A stretch of 64,000 bases of DNA from a bacterium (GCA_050239825.1 JBFXGO010000001.1:64001-128000); one strand, 5' to 3'; positions 48,133 to 59,433 are shown, counted from the first letter of the stretch. The notes: a model not told the origin generated them from the sequence alone. Made by a program: numbers and translations.

Positions 48133-50061
48133 ATGAAAAAAGTATTCGTTGTAACGATTCTTTTGGTATTTGCAGTACTATCAGTATTTGCAATGCCCAA
48201 AGATGAGGCAGTCAAGAAGTTTGATCTCATGACATCAGTGACACAGGATGGAAAGCTTCCCGAAATCGCGGCTGTGAAAGACTCATTTGCGCAGGCGGCT
48301 GGATTCAAGGGAATTCTATTCCTTGACGGCGATTTCAGAGGATTTGCGCCGACACCTTCAAACAGTTCGGTCTCATCAAAAGACGGAGATACAATTCAGG
48401 TTATCTCAGGTCTTTCAGATCACGGAGACCTTGTGGGAATGCTCGGTGTTTATTACACAGTTTCATTTGATGGCGGAGCAACATGGACAGCCCCTCTTCT
48501 TATAACCTCAGCAGGTCCATTCTCAAGAAATTACAATGAAATAGCAGTTGCAGACGGACAGTATCCTTATGTTTTAGTTAATTACAGAACACCTGCTTAC
48601 TTTGGCAATTGGTTCACAACAGACCCGCTCGGACCAAACGGCGGCGGATGGACATCACCTCTTCTCGTAACAGACACGGCAAACTTTGCGGCTTATATGC
48701 CTACAATTTCTGTGAATGCGGCGGGAGACAAGGTCTGCATGCTTGCTTATGATGCAGTCGGCGGAATAGGTTCGAACTATTCAACAGATTACGGCGCCAC
48801 ATGGTCAACATACGACCTTCCTGCAGAGCTCAATGATTCAATATGGGGACCTGATGTATGCGCATCAAGGTGGGGTCAGGGCGATGTAGTTCATGCAATA
48901 GTCGGAATGTCATGGTACGATGAAGTTCGTTATGACATTGCAGGAGCAAGCGCGGCATTCTATGAAGGATATTCAAAATCAATTGACGGCGGAGCGACAT
49001 GGTCAGTTCCTATAGGAATTTACAATGGCGAGAGAAGGACAAATATTCCTTCAATCAACGGAGATACATTTACCTATTACATAGACACCATTGACAATGA
49101 GGCAGTTGATTCAACAGCAGTCTTGGCATACCTTGACGAAGCAACAGGATACTGGGCAGATGACCAGGGCATCATTGATGGCGGTGCTTTCGGCTTCGGA
49201 ACATGGTGGTACTGGTGGGATGCAGAGTATTTCGCAGAGGAAGACAGATTCTTCTACGCAATACCTATGGCAGACCTCTTCATAGATTATTATGTTTCAG
49301 GCGACCTCTACACATACCAGTGGCAGGGTCAGTCAATCCTCTTCGGTTTCAAGGATGACGCAGATGCAGAATTTACATACGATTACATTGACATACATGA
49401 TGCGGCAATCATAGACACATTAGGAGCGTCAGCTACATGGAGAGGAAATGCCTACTCGGCAAGTGTTACTTATGACAAGGCAGATGGTTCAATCTACATT
49501 ATATACAATGATTATGTTGACACAACTACAGGAGAGGGTTCTGTTGAAGCATTAAGGATAAACAACTTTGAAATACACAGAGCAACACTCTCACTCAATG
49601 CGGCTCCATACTCGGTTGAAGCATCGGCATACATCTCAGATGACCACTTTGTGCATGTAGTAATGGCACCCGGCACACTTGATTCAATCTACTACAAAGC
49701 GATTGATGTTACTGATGCAGGACTTGTCTGGGAGTATCTCGGAGTTTCAAGCTATGATTCAAAATTTGACGGAGTCAACACAGGCAGAGTTATTGCAAAT
49801 GCAGAAAACAGCATATTCAGCATGCCGTCAATAGTGAAGAATGACTCAAAGATTTCATTCACTCTCAAGTCAAACATGGAAGTCAACATTTCACTCTATG
49901 ATGTCACGGGAAGAATCGTGAAGAACCTTGCAAACAATTCATTCACAAAGGGAACCCACACTATCAACATGAATTCAAATGATTTCAATCAGGGCGTCTA
50001 TTTTGTGAAAATCAATGCAGGCGACACGAGCGTTTCAAAGAAAGTGATTGTTGTCAAATAA
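48133..50061 (+). CDS. Secreted BNR/Asp-box (sialidase-like propeller) protein with T9SS-type CTD
   Basis: ATG 48133 after AGGAGG; signal peptide; SFDGGATW, STDYGATW, SIDGGATW; C-terminus YDVTGR...GVYFVK...KKVIVVK. Confidence 0.85.
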   Translation: MKKVFVVTILLVFAVLSVFAMPKDEAVKKFDLMTSVTQDGKLPEIAAVKDSFAQAAGFKGILFLDGDFRGFAPTPSNSSVSSKDGDTIQVISGLSDHGDLVGMLGVYYTVSFDGGATWTAPLLITSAGPFSRNYNEIAVADGQYPYVLVNYRTPAYFGNWFTTDPLGPNGGGWTSPLLVTDTANFAAYMPTISVNAAGDKVCMLAYDAVGGIGSNYSTDYGATWSTYDLPAELNDSIWGPDVCASRWGQGDVVHAIVGMSWYDEVRYDIAGASAAFYEGYSKSIDGGATWSVPIGIYNGERRTNIPSINGDTFTYYIDTIDNEAVDSTAVLAYLDEATGYWADDQGIIDGGAFGFGTWWYWWDAEYFAEEDRFFYAIPMADLFIDYYVSGDLYTYQWQGQSILFGFKDDADAEFTYDYIDIHDAAIIDTLGASATWRGNAYSASVTYDKADGSIYIIYNDYVDTTTGEGSVEALRINNFEIHRATLSLNAAPYSVEASAYISDDHFVHVVMAPGTLDSIYYKAIDVTDAGLVWEYLGVSSYDSKFDGVNTGRVIANAENSIFSMPSIVKNDSKISFTLKSNMEVNISLYDVTGRIVKNLANNSFTKGTHTINMNSNDFNQGVYFVKINAGDTSVSKKVIVVK

Positions 50062-50076
50062 CAGAAGCGCAGTCTT

Positions 50077-50107
50077 AAAAAGGGGAAACTTAGTTTCCCC
50101 TTTTTTT
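50077..50107 (+). terminator. Intrinsic terminator
   Basis: AAAAAGGGGAAAC-TTA-GTTTCCCCTTTTTTT. Confidence 0.85.
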
Positions 50108-50135
50108 ATATTCATGATAAAAAAGGAGAGTAGGT

Positions 50136-53100
50136 ATGTTCTTTAAAAGAGGGCTAATCTACCTTGCAGTCCTGACTCTGATTTTGGCATTCTCATTTAA
50201 TGTTTTTGCCGGAGTCACAGGAAAGATTACAGGTAGAGTCATTGACAAACAAACTAAAGAGGGTATCCCGGGCGTGAACGTGATAGTGCCTGAACTAGGC
50301 ATTGGAGCGGCCACAGACCTTGACGGATACTACTTTATTTTGAATGTTCCTGTAGGAGAATATTCCGTACAGGCTCAGATCATTTCATATCAGACGCAGA
50401 CAAAATCAGGTGTCTCTGTCTCAGCTGATATCAACACTACGGTCAATTTTGACCTTTCTCTCGGCGCTATCGAGTATGATACTGTGATAGTTGAGGCGAA
50501 AGAGTCAAAGATACAGACAAATGTGACTCAGAAAGAGAGAACGATGAATCAGGAACTGCTCAACGAAGCAGTTTCAAGCAATATCATGGCGGCAGTGGCT
50601 AACAATGCCGGAGTAGTCGGGTCAGGCAACAACCTCCATGTTAGGGGCGGCAGAACCGATGAAGTCGGATACATGGTTGACGGTATGTCAATCGTTGACC
50701 CTGTCACAAAGGGTCTCGGAGCCACAATCAACAAAAACGCTGTCTCCGAAGTAAAATTCATCTCAGGCGGTTTCAATGCCGAATACGGGGAAGCCATGTC
50801 CGGAGTTCTCAACATAGTCACCAGAGAAGGCGCAGGCAAATATGAAGGTACTGTCAAGTATGAAGGCAATTCTTTCCTTCCGAGCGCCTTCAACTATGGA
50901 GATAACAGGATAGAGCTTTCATTGGGCGGACCGATATATAAGGACAAAGCCCGTTTCTTTTTCTCAGGCGATGTTTACACTACAAATGATTGGAGTCCAA
51001 TGTTCATTACAACCCCTGATTTCATCTATGTCAATGACAGCAATGACATAGCATTTGAATACGATCTTTACGATTATGTTTTGAATTATGACAGCACGGG
51101 AGCATATCTGGATTCAGTGCCGAGTCATATAACCTACAACGATGATTCTGTGCCGTATTTCACATACGACCTTGACACTGTCTTTGATTCCACTGGAGCT
51201 ATATACGGAATTTATAACAGAGTTATTGTTGATACCGTGTTATGGAACAGGTACGGGCCCTCATACTGGGAGAATCTCGGTATAGTTGCTCCTCATCACA
51301 AGAGGCACGAATATCACGGACAGGCAAAGTTCACATTCAAACCGACCAACAACATCAAGCTGAATATCGGAGGCTTTGTCTCTCACTCTTCATATCAGCA
51401 GTTTAACAATGATTTGAAATATAATCTTGAAAGATTTGTTTCAAGAAATACTGATGGATATCAGTTGAATTCAACAATGAACTGGATGTTCAATCAGTCC
51501 AATTTCATCACATTGACGGCGAGCTATTTCCACACTCAGACATACCTAGGACCTGAGTTTGATGATACTATTATTACAACTGTAGGTAAAACTCTGAATC
51601 CTCCGGAGACAATCATACCGGAGTGGTATGCAGTGTGGCAGCCATACGGAATAATGGATACGACTGCATTCAAGAATCTTCCTTCAATAAATGACAAATG
51701 GGCATCCAATTCGCCATGGGGCTGGTGGAATGACCCTCAGCTCATCTATCCCAATTGGTACGGTTCTGCTTCATACAGGTATTCAAATTACCTTGCATTG
51801 AAGGGCGACTGGACAAGCCAGGTGGGAAGATATCATGAAGTCAAATCTGGTATCGAATACAAAGCATACGAACTCTATCTATGGGACCTCTATCTGCCCT
51901 GGTCTCCGAATCCATTTGCAGACTATTACCATGTCTATCCTCAGCAGATAGCGGCGTATGTTCAGGACAAGATGGAGTTTGAGGGAATGGTCGTAAACCT
52001 TGGTATCAGGCTTGACTATCTTGATGCAAATACGCCATACTACAGCGATGCGACCAACAGAAACTTCCCCCTGTACAAAGACACTGTAATAAATGAAGAC
52101 ACTGTCTTGGTTCCCAATATCGTAAAGCCGGCAACACCGCTTGAAGGCTACACTCAGGCTGACTGGGACTCTCTTGTTTGGCCCATCTCAATGGCATCAA
52201 AGAAGTATAAAGTATCGCCCCGTCTCGGAATATCCCACCCGATTTCCGAAACATCAGTACTGCATTTCAATTACGGACACTTCTTCCAGACGCCTCAGAT
52301 GGATTACCTCTTCACAGGACTTGGAATTGATTTCTCAAAGAGAGGCAATTCAAACATCGGTTCTCCCAATCTTGAAGCAGAGAGAACCGTCTCCTATGAA
52401 TTCGGTATAGCAACTCAGGTCGGCGCAGACATGGCTATCGACTTTACAACATACTATAAGGACATATATGGACTCATAGGTTCGAGAAAGGTCTATGCAC
52501 TTCCCAGCGCATACTATGCTCTTCAGAATGTTGAGTATGGAAATGTGAAGGGATTTGAAGTTGCATTCTCAAAATCTTCAAAGTACTTCTCTACGGATAT
52601 TGCATACACACTCTCCTTTGCAAAGGGTACTGCATCCGATGCATGGGACGGCTACTATGACACATACTCGCAGAGGGACCCTGTAACAGGCGGAGATGTC
52701 ATAATGCCTAAGATTCCATACTACCTTGATTTTGACCAGAGGCACACAATCAATGTCGGATTCGTCTTCAGAATGCCTGCAAAGGAGCTTCCTATCTATG
52801 CAGACAATTGGACAATTGCTGTTGACAATGCTATAAGCTCAGGCCAGCCCTACACCCCTGTCAATGAAAAGGGTGTAAAGACCGGAGTTACGAACAGCGA
52901 AAGGAAACCCTGGTCATTCAACACAGACATGAAGTTCAGAAAGGGATTTTTGTTCGGAACATTTGAACCGAATCTATATATTTCTGTCTTCAATGTCTTA
53001 AATATAAAGAATGTTGTTGATGTTTATGCTTCAACAGGGCTTCCTGACAGAAATGCCGCAATAGGCAGTTACAGCGTGACTGATTTCCCGACAAACCACA

Positions 53101-53267
53101 TTGGTGAGCCCGGGTATGATGTCAGAAGAGACACAAATCAGGACGGAACAGTAACACCGCAGGAATACTATGATGTATTCATAGCGGCTTACACTGATTA
53201 TCTTAATGATCCGACAAATTACTCGACACCGAGAACAGTTACAGTCGGTATTGAGTTCTCATTCTAA
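50136..53267 (+). CDS. TonB-dependent receptor with N-terminal CarboxypepD_reg-like domain
   Basis: GVTGKITGRVID..T.EGIPGVNV; plug LHVRGGR..E..YMVDG, SGGFNAEYG.AMSGVLN; SPRLGISHP; DQRHTIN; terminal Phe. Confidence 0.92.
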   Translation: MFFKRGLIYLAVLTLILAFSFNVFAGVTGKITGRVIDKQTKEGIPGVNVIVPELGIGAATDLDGYYFILNVPVGEYSVQAQIISYQTQTKSGVSVSADINTTVNFDLSLGAIEYDTVIVEAKESKIQTNVTQKERTMNQELLNEAVSSNIMAAVANNAGVVGSGNNLHVRGGRTDEVGYMVDGMSIVDPVTKGLGATINKNAVSEVKFISGGFNAEYGEAMSGVLNIVTREGAGKYEGTVKYEGNSFLPSAFNYGDNRIELSLGGPIYKDKARFFFSGDVYTTNDWSPMFITTPDFIYVNDSNDIAFEYDLYDYVLNYDSTGAYLDSVPSHITYNDDSVPYFTYDLDTVFDSTGAIYGIYNRVIVDTVLWNRYGPSYWENLGIVAPHHKRHEYHGQAKFTFKPTNNIKLNIGGFVSHSSYQQFNNDLKYNLERFVSRNTDGYQLNSTMNWMFNQSNFITLTASYFHTQTYLGPEFDDTIITTVGKTLNPPETIIPEWYAVWQPYGIMDTTAFKNLPSINDKWASNSPWGWWNDPQLIYPNWYGSASYRYSNYLALKGDWTSQVGRYHEVKSGIEYKAYELYLWDLYLPWSPNPFADYYHVYPQQIAAYVQDKMEFEGMVVNLGIRLDYLDANTPYYSDATNRNFPLYKDTVINEDTVLVPNIVKPATPLEGYTQADWDSLVWPISMASKKYKVSPRLGISHPISETSVLHFNYGHFFQTPQMDYLFTGLGIDFSKRGNSNIGSPNLEAERTVSYEFGIATQVGADMAIDFTTYYKDIYGLIGSRKVYALPSAYYALQNVEYGNVKGFEVAFSKSSKYFSTDIAYTLSFAKGTASDAWDGYYDTYSQRDPVTGGDVIMPKIPYYLDFDQRHTINVGFVFRMPAKELPIYADNWTIAVDNAISSGQPYTPVNEKGVKTGVTNSERKPWSFNTDMKFRKGFLFGTFEPNLYISVFNVLNIKNVVDVYASTGLPDRNAAIGSYSVTDFPTNHIGEPGYDVRRDTNQDGTVTPQEYYDVFIAAYTDYLNDPTNYSTPRTVTVGIEFSF

Positions 53268-53278
53268 GGTATGGAGGA

Positions 53279-56200
53279 ATGTTTATGAATAAATTTATGA
53301 AGAGATTCCTTATAACCTTCCTCGCACTTGTTCTTGTAATGCCAATTATGGCAAGAACAGCAGTTGAAAACGACGGTTCAAGAATAATGGACCAGCAGCT
53401 GCTAAACATGAATGAAATGAATATGTACATCTCCAACTTCGGTATTTACGGACAGAACAACTGGACAGGAAATTCCGGAGGATGGTGGCCCAGGGCGTAT
53501 CCTTCAGAGACATACATATTCGGAGCAGGTGTGTGGGTGGGTGCATTGGTTGACACTGGATTTACAGTTGACGGTACAGACACGACATGGCTTACCGATA
53601 CTCTTGTAACATGCGGATACGATGCTAATTCGGGAACGACAGAGTTTGTTCCCGGAGATATTGATCCGAATGCTCCAGACAGGCCGTCACCATGGACAAA
53701 TGCATGGGACATTGTTTATGTCTCGACAGAAGAGAATGGCGGACAGCCGTGGCCAATAAAGACCACAACAGGCGCAGATTCCGTTGTCTCAATGCAGGAT
53801 TCATACTGCGAATACAATGACAAAGACTCTGCAGCGCATATAGCTATTGAAAATAAACCCCTTGAAATAGAGGTGATGCAGACATCATACGCATGGGTCG
53901 GACCTCTAAAGGAGGACATTGTATTCCTGAAGTTCGACATAAGAAATGACAGAACAGACGGCGAGGATTTAAAGAAGTGCTTTATAGGCCTTGCGGCAGA
54001 CAATGACATAGGAAATGAAGCAGATGATGCGGCTAATGACCTTCTCGGTTTCATAGACACAATGACTGTCGATTACAATGGAGTTGAAGACACTTTGATG
54101 CAGATCAATGTCGGCTATCAATTCCAGCTTGAATCTGAAGCCGGATGGCATGATACCCCTGGAATAATAGCTTACAAGTATATGCAGTCGCCAATAGCAA
54201 CTGAGAGAGTTGATTTATATCACGACGAATCAGTAGTCATTGAACCCGGACTTGACACTATTTACACTGATTCGACAAGAACGGTCATTGACACAATTCT
54301 TCCGAGGCAGATCGGAATGACAACATTCAATTACTTTACGATTGCCACAGACCCTTCAACAAAACAGGCAAGGTATGTCACTCTTGCCGGCTATGACCAT
54401 ACAGCATTCAATCCTCTCGATCCTGATGTATCATTCAGACCATTCCCTGTATGGGGAACAGGAGTAGCGGGATTTCCTGGACAGACACAGGACCCCTCAC
54501 TTGCCGCTGACAAGCGCTTTGTGATGAGCTCAGGTCCCTTCACACTCTTCAATGATTCAACTGTAACAGTCATCATAGCAATAATCATGTCAAAAAATTC
54601 AGACGAGATGCTTGACAAAATGCTGATAGCGCAGTCAATCTATGACGGCGGATGGCTCGGTCCGGTTGCTCCGGGACAGGTCAACTTTGACCTTGTCGGT
54701 CTTGACAAAAAAGTTCAGATATATTGGGACAATGCACAGGAGCTGAAGGCAGACAAATACTACACCATAGTTTCTGACCCGGGTTCACCTTCCTATAACC
54801 CTGCTTACAGGGATTTTGACATTGAAGGATACAATATCTATAGGTCAAAGACCGGAGCAGTGTGGGAACTTTTGGCGAAATATGACAAAATCAATGAATA
54901 TACAGCAATAGTAATGGATTCGCTTATCTATGTTGACAATCTGACCGGAGCGTGGGAGACTACATACTACTATGAGACTCTCGGCACAAACACGGGAATA
55001 CCATACTATTTCGTAGATTCAAATCTTGTCAACGGAGTAACCTATTACTACACAATCAAGGCGTATGATTTCAATTACAATGACTTTGACACAATCACCC
55101 TTGAAGGAAAATCACCCATAATACTTGAAGGAGCAGGCAAGACAAAGGCGGTCGTTCCGAGAAGTTTGACATCAAATTACACTGCAGGAACCCATAACAT
55201 AGAGTTCATTTCAGGCAACATTGATACAAATGCAATAGAGATGGACATTGTGCAGGTTCTTGACACTCTTGTGCAGGATATGGCAAAGGACACATTCACT
55301 CTTACCTTCGGACTTGCTGACAGCTCAATCCTCAATACAATGCTTCCCGCATACAACTATGTAATTACAAACAAAGCAGGAACAATTGTCGGAGAGGATA
55401 AAATTTCAATGGACACTCTATGGAGGTTTGATGAAGAGGCAAATGCCCAGATAAAGGTAATCTCAAACATTGTAGAGAATGCCAATGCCCACAGCGGTTT
55501 TGTATTCAAGATTAATAAGTATGAACTTGATACATTAAACTGGCCTACGGGTGCAAACAGCGCTCTTGATGTCAGCATTATCGAAGGCACATACAATGAT
55601 TCAATACTTAGGGCAGAGATGGCCGCAGCGGGACGCCAGTTCTATCACGCAAGCAAACTCTATCGCTTGACTTGGAGTGAGGTGGTTTATTCAACTCTTA
55701 CAGTTATCGGCACAGATACATTCCTGCCGAATGACACAAATCTCACACTCACAATACTTGATGTTGATAACAACATTGAGATACCCTATAACAGCAGAGT
55801 TATAGGCGATAACTGGCACTTTAATTATTCAACGACAGCTACACCGGCACAGTGCGGCCAGTATCTCAATACAACCTCTTTGGCAACAGAAAAAACCGGT
55901 ATTTACTTCTCCAACATGAAGCTTTCATTCAATTATACAGACAGACCAAGAGCTATAGTGTGGACCGCCAGACCAAAGGACGGAGATGTGTGGGAAATAG
56001 AAATTACACCAAATGACACTACATTGACTTATGTCTATCCTCCTTATAATTCCGTTTACAAATTCACGGTTACACCCTCTTCATTCACTGAACTTAATGA
56101 TTCAATACTTGACAATATTAAGGTTGTGCCGAATCCTTATGTAGTGCGCTCAGAGCTTGACCTTGATTACAATTACAGAAGGATTCTCTTCACAAATCTT

Positions 56201-56446
56201 CCGAAGGCCTGCACAATAACAATCTACACTCTTGCGGGAGAGCTTATAAAGACAATAGAGCATAATACGGATTATTATGTCTATTCAGGCACGGATTCAA
56301 CTTTGGTTTATGACAATACCAACGGTTATGCGGAATGGGATGTTTTGACTCAGAATGATCAGATACCGGCACCCGGAATCTACATCTATCATATCAATAC
56401 ACCTGCAGGTATAACCAAAATCGGCAAATTTGCTATTATTAAGTAG
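53279..56446 (+). CDS. Large secreted protein with Fn3-like region and C-terminal sorting-type domain
   Basis: Signal peptide; DFDIEGYNIYRS, LVNGVTYYYTIKAYD; C-terminus IKVVPNPY...FTNLP..CTITIYTLAGELIK...WD..T...APGIYIY...GKFAIIK. Confidence 0.8.
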   Translation: MFMNKFMKRFLITFLALVLVMPIMARTAVENDGSRIMDQQLLNMNEMNMYISNFGIYGQNNWTGNSGGWWPRAYPSETYIFGAGVWVGALVDTGFTVDGTDTTWLTDTLVTCGYDANSGTTEFVPGDIDPNAPDRPSPWTNAWDIVYVSTEENGGQPWPIKTTTGADSVVSMQDSYCEYNDKDSAAHIAIENKPLEIEVMQTSYAWVGPLKEDIVFLKFDIRNDRTDGEDLKKCFIGLAADNDIGNEADDAANDLLGFIDTMTVDYNGVEDTLMQINVGYQFQLESEAGWHDTPGIIAYKYMQSPIATERVDLYHDESVVIEPGLDTIYTDSTRTVIDTILPRQIGMTTFNYFTIATDPSTKQARYVTLAGYDHTAFNPLDPDVSFRPFPVWGTGVAGFPGQTQDPSLAADKRFVMSSGPFTLFNDSTVTVIIAIIMSKNSDEMLDKMLIAQSIYDGGWLGPVAPGQVNFDLVGLDKKVQIYWDNAQELKADKYYTIVSDPGSPSYNPAYRDFDIEGYNIYRSKTGAVWELLAKYDKINEYTAIVMDSLIYVDNLTGAWETTYYYETLGTNTGIPYYFVDSNLVNGVTYYYTIKAYDFNYNDFDTITLEGKSPIILEGAGKTKAVVPRSLTSNYTAGTHNIEFISGNIDTNAIEMDIVQVLDTLVQDMAKDTFTLTFGLADSSILNTMLPAYNYVITNKAGTIVGEDKISMDTLWRFDEEANAQIKVISNIVENANAHSGFVFKINKYELDTLNWPTGANSALDVSIIEGTYNDSILRAEMAAAGRQFYHASKLYRLTWSEVVYSTLTVIGTDTFLPNDTNLTLTILDVDNNIEIPYNSRVIGDNWHFNYSTTATPAQCGQYLNTTSLATEKTGIYFSNMKLSFNYTDRPRAIVWTARPKDGDVWEIEITPNDTTLTYVYPPYNSVYKFTVTPSSFTELNDSILDNIKVVPNPYVVRSELDLDYNYRRILFTNLPKACTITIYTLAGELIKTIEHNTDYYVYSGTDSTLVYDNTNGYAEWDVLTQNDQIPAPGIYIYHINTPAGITKIGKFAIIK

Positions 56447-56454
56447 GAGGCAAA

Positions 56455-57507
56455 ATGAAAAGATTAGTAATAATACTCATATCATTGCTCCTTCTTGCAA
56501 ACTTTGCCTATTCAGCAAATGAGGGAACAACAGGCGCTCAATTCCTTAAGATTCTTGTCGGCTCAAAAGCATCAGGAATGGGAGGCGCATTTGTGGCAAA
56601 CGGAGACGACCCGTCAGTTCTTTACTACAACCCGGCAGGGATGGCCAACATGAACAAGATGGGAATTCTCTTCAACTATGTCAAATGGCCTGCAGAGATA
56701 AGCTACTCATATCTTGCATTTGTAATGCCTATGGGCATTACGGGAAGCTTCGGTCTTCAGGCAGGTCTCATGTCAATGCCTTCAATGGAAGTGACTACAA
56801 TAGAACAGCCTGAGGGCACTGGAGAGTACTTTTCCGCAATGAGCTATCAGGTGGGAGTCTCTTACGCGAAGCCGTTTACAGACAAACTCTCAGCAGGATT
56901 GACATTCAAGTACATTTCAGAGATGATTGTTGATGCAAATTCTACAATCATGGCATTTGACGCAGGAGCCACATACAAGACAGGATTCAAATCCCTCAGG
57001 ATAGGCATGGCAATTAGGAACTTTGGATCAGAGGGCGAGTTCACAGGCGGCACTGTTCTTACCGATAAGTACCAGAGATGGACTGACGGACAGACAGAGC
57101 TGAATATTTACTATAAGACAGACCCGTATCCGATACCGATGAACTTCAATTTCGGAGTGGCCTATGACTTCCTTGAAGGTCCGACCAATTTCCTCACAGG
57201 CGCTCTTGAGTTCCAGAATCCAAATGACGGAACAGAGAATGTGCGCATGGGCTTTGAATACAATTTTGCAAAAATTGTGTCTCTCCGCCTCGGCTACATT
57301 TTCAACTATGACAGATTTAAGGCAGTGCTTGACGGCTTTGACGATCTGACTGCAAACGAGAAATCAGAAAACCTCACAGCAGGACTGGGCTTCAAGTACG
57401 GATTCTCAGGAGTGGATGTCGGAATTGACTATTCATACACTGAGATGGGTCTTCTCTCTGATTCATACATGAATGGACACAGAGTGACTTTAACCGTTGC
57501 TTTCTAA
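56455..57507 (+). CDS. PorV/PorQ family (FadL-like) outer-membrane barrel
   Basis: GTTGAQFLKI.VG..A.GMGGA.VA...D.S..YYNPAG; DYSY; terminal Phe. Confidence 0.88.
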   Translation: MKRLVIILISLLLLANFAYSANEGTTGAQFLKILVGSKASGMGGAFVANGDDPSVLYYNPAGMANMNKMGILFNYVKWPAEISYSYLAFVMPMGITGSFGLQAGLMSMPSMEVTTIEQPEGTGEYFSAMSYQVGVSYAKPFTDKLSAGLTFKYISEMIVDANSTIMAFDAGATYKTGFKSLRIGMAIRNFGSEGEFTGGTVLTDKYQRWTDGQTELNIYYKTDPYPIPMNFNFGVAYDFLEGPTNFLTGALEFQNPNDGTENVRMGFEYNFAKIVSLRLGYIFNYDRFKAVLDGFDDLTANEKSENLTAGLGFKYGFSGVDVGIDYSYTEMGLLSDSYMNGHRVTLTVAF

Positions 57508-57525
57508 AGAGGCAACTCTCAAAAT

Positions 57526-57557
57526 AAAAGAGGGGTTTTTTAACCCCTCTTTTTTTT
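57526..57557 (+). terminator. Intrinsic terminator
   Basis: AAAAGAGGGGTT...AACCCCTCTTTTTTTT. Confidence 0.85.
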
Positions 57558-57561
57558 ACTT

Positions 57562-59433
57562 ATGAAAAAACTTTGTTTGATTTTATTGCTTATAACAGCA
57601 TACAGTTTATCGGGGGATGTTGTATTTGCAGTGTATATGGCTACGGACAACAGCATGTACTCTGCCTACTGCCAAAATATTGAGCAGATGAAACTTGGTT
57701 CGGCAACCGTTGAAAATACCAAAATACATGTTTTTGCGGACACGCCTCTGGAATCATACAAATTCATAATCCATGATTCTCTGATAGATACTGTGAGTGT
57801 TGTCTCCAATGTCAATTCAGGAGACCCTAAAGTAATATCTGATTTTTTTTCCGATGTATTCGTCAGGTATCCGAATGATATAAAAATAGCGGTAATATGG
57901 GACCATGGAAACGGCTGGTATAATTTTAAATCATCAAAATCAGTTCTTTTTGACAGCAATCCGGATGATTTCATCTCAGTCACTGAAGGTGAGCTTAGAG
58001 AGATATTTTACAAAATAATGAATAGAGTGTCTGAGAGAACCGACATTGTTGTTTTTGACGCCTGTAAAATGCAGACCCTTGAAGTTGCTTATGAGTTAAC
58101 GGGTCTTGTAGATTATATAGTCGCCTCCGAGGATTCTGTTCCTTATTTAGGAATGCCTTATGCAGATGTTCTAAAGGCGGTTGATTCATCAAAAAGCTCT
58201 GAAGACGCCGGTAGAAGAATGTGCGAAGAGTACTATTCCCACTATGAGAGCCTTGATGCGCATCCTGTAATATCTCTGATGAAGCTCAGCTCTCTTGAGG
58301 ATGAATTGAAAGGCATATCATTTGAAGAGAGGGAATCATTCACTGAAATTGATTCAATTGATGTCTCTGTCTCTCTTCAGAAAAGCATTATACTCAACAA
58401 ATCATACAGCGATAAGTTCAAGGGGGCAAAGCTCTTTTATCCTGTTTATTTTGAAATGCTGAATGAGCTCTACCCTGAATACATAAAACTGAAATTAGAC
58501 ATAGATTTCGACATAGTAAGAAAAGAGTTTATCTGGCACGCTATGCCGGATACATTCAAACCCCTGCCTGTTGAAACCTGCACGCTTTTATTTATAGGCA
58601 ATGAAAATTACAGGGTGTTTTTTAATGAATCTTTTGATTTTTCAAAGATAGCGGAATACAACTTTCGCCATTCTGCCGACTTCTCCAAGAGAAACGAGAA
58701 TTTTAATTCACTGCCTCCCGAAGTCTCCGGAACAGTAATCCTCTCCGACTTTCAGCCTAATTCAAAACCATACTCTCTCTATGCAAAATCTCTTACAATG
58801 AACATGGAAATGAGCAGTGAAAGTAATTTGGTGGAGTTTTACCTGAGAGGCATCTTTGCTGAGAATCCATTCACAGTAAAAAATAACGGAGAAGTCATCT
58901 ACTCCAATAACAGGTACACTCCTTTATGGAAACCTGTGAGATTTCTTGCTGAAAAAGGAGTGTTGACATTTGAATTCAATACAACAGAATCACCATCTCA
59001 GGATTACCTTTATCTGGATGATCTGTCAATATACGGATTCACATCACTCAATACGACAGTCCTAAAAGACACAACGGGTATATGCCATAAGATGTTTTCA
59101 GGAGAGAATACAGTCTTTGTCACCGCTGTCGATGAATTCGGAAATGTATCGGACATAGGCGAAATATTTGCTTTTGCTATTATAGACAGCGTAAAAGCAG
59201 TCATCTATCCAAATCCTGCAAAAGACCGCTTCAAAATAAAAACAGAGTATGAGGGAGATTACATACTTAAAATATTCACAGCTTCAGGCGGTCTTGCGGC
59301 TGAATTTGAAGGAAGGCAGACGAATAGAGAAATAAATGTTGAGCTTGAAAATCCTCTAAAGCCCGGCATCTACTTCTATGTTTTGATTATAGGTGGAAAA
59401 TCAATGAAAGGGAAAATCGGCATCATAAAATGA
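57562..59433 (+). CDS. Clostripain-family (C11) peptidase with T9SS-type CTD
   Basis: VYMATDN, IWDHGNGW (His), FDACKMQTLEVAYEL (Cys), ASED; C-terminus YPNP...PGIYFY...GKIGIIK. Confidence 0.85.
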   Translation: MKKLCLILLLITAYSLSGDVVFAVYMATDNSMYSAYCQNIEQMKLGSATVENTKIHVFADTPLESYKFIIHDSLIDTVSVVSNVNSGDPKVISDFFSDVFVRYPNDIKIAVIWDHGNGWYNFKSSKSVLFDSNPDDFISVTEGELREIFYKIMNRVSERTDIVVFDACKMQTLEVAYELTGLVDYIVASEDSVPYLGMPYADVLKAVDSSKSSEDAGRRMCEEYYSHYESLDAHPVISLMKLSSLEDELKGISFEERESFTEIDSIDVSVSLQKSIILNKSYSDKFKGAKLFYPVYFEMLNELYPEYIKLKLDIDFDIVRKEFIWHAMPDTFKPLPVETCTLLFIGNENYRVFFNESFDFSKIAEYNFRHSADFSKRNENFNSLPPEVSGTVILSDFQPNSKPYSLYAKSLTMNMEMSSESNLVEFYLRGIFAENPFTVKNNGEVIYSNNRYTPLWKPVRFLAEKGVLTFEFNTTESPSQDYLYLDDLSIYGFTSLNTTVLKDTTGICHKMFSGENTVFVTAVDEFGNVSDIGEIFAFAIIDSVKAVIYPNPAKDRFKIKTEYEGDYILKIFTASGGLAAEFEGRQTNREINVELENPLKPGIYFYVLIIGGKSMKGKIGIIK

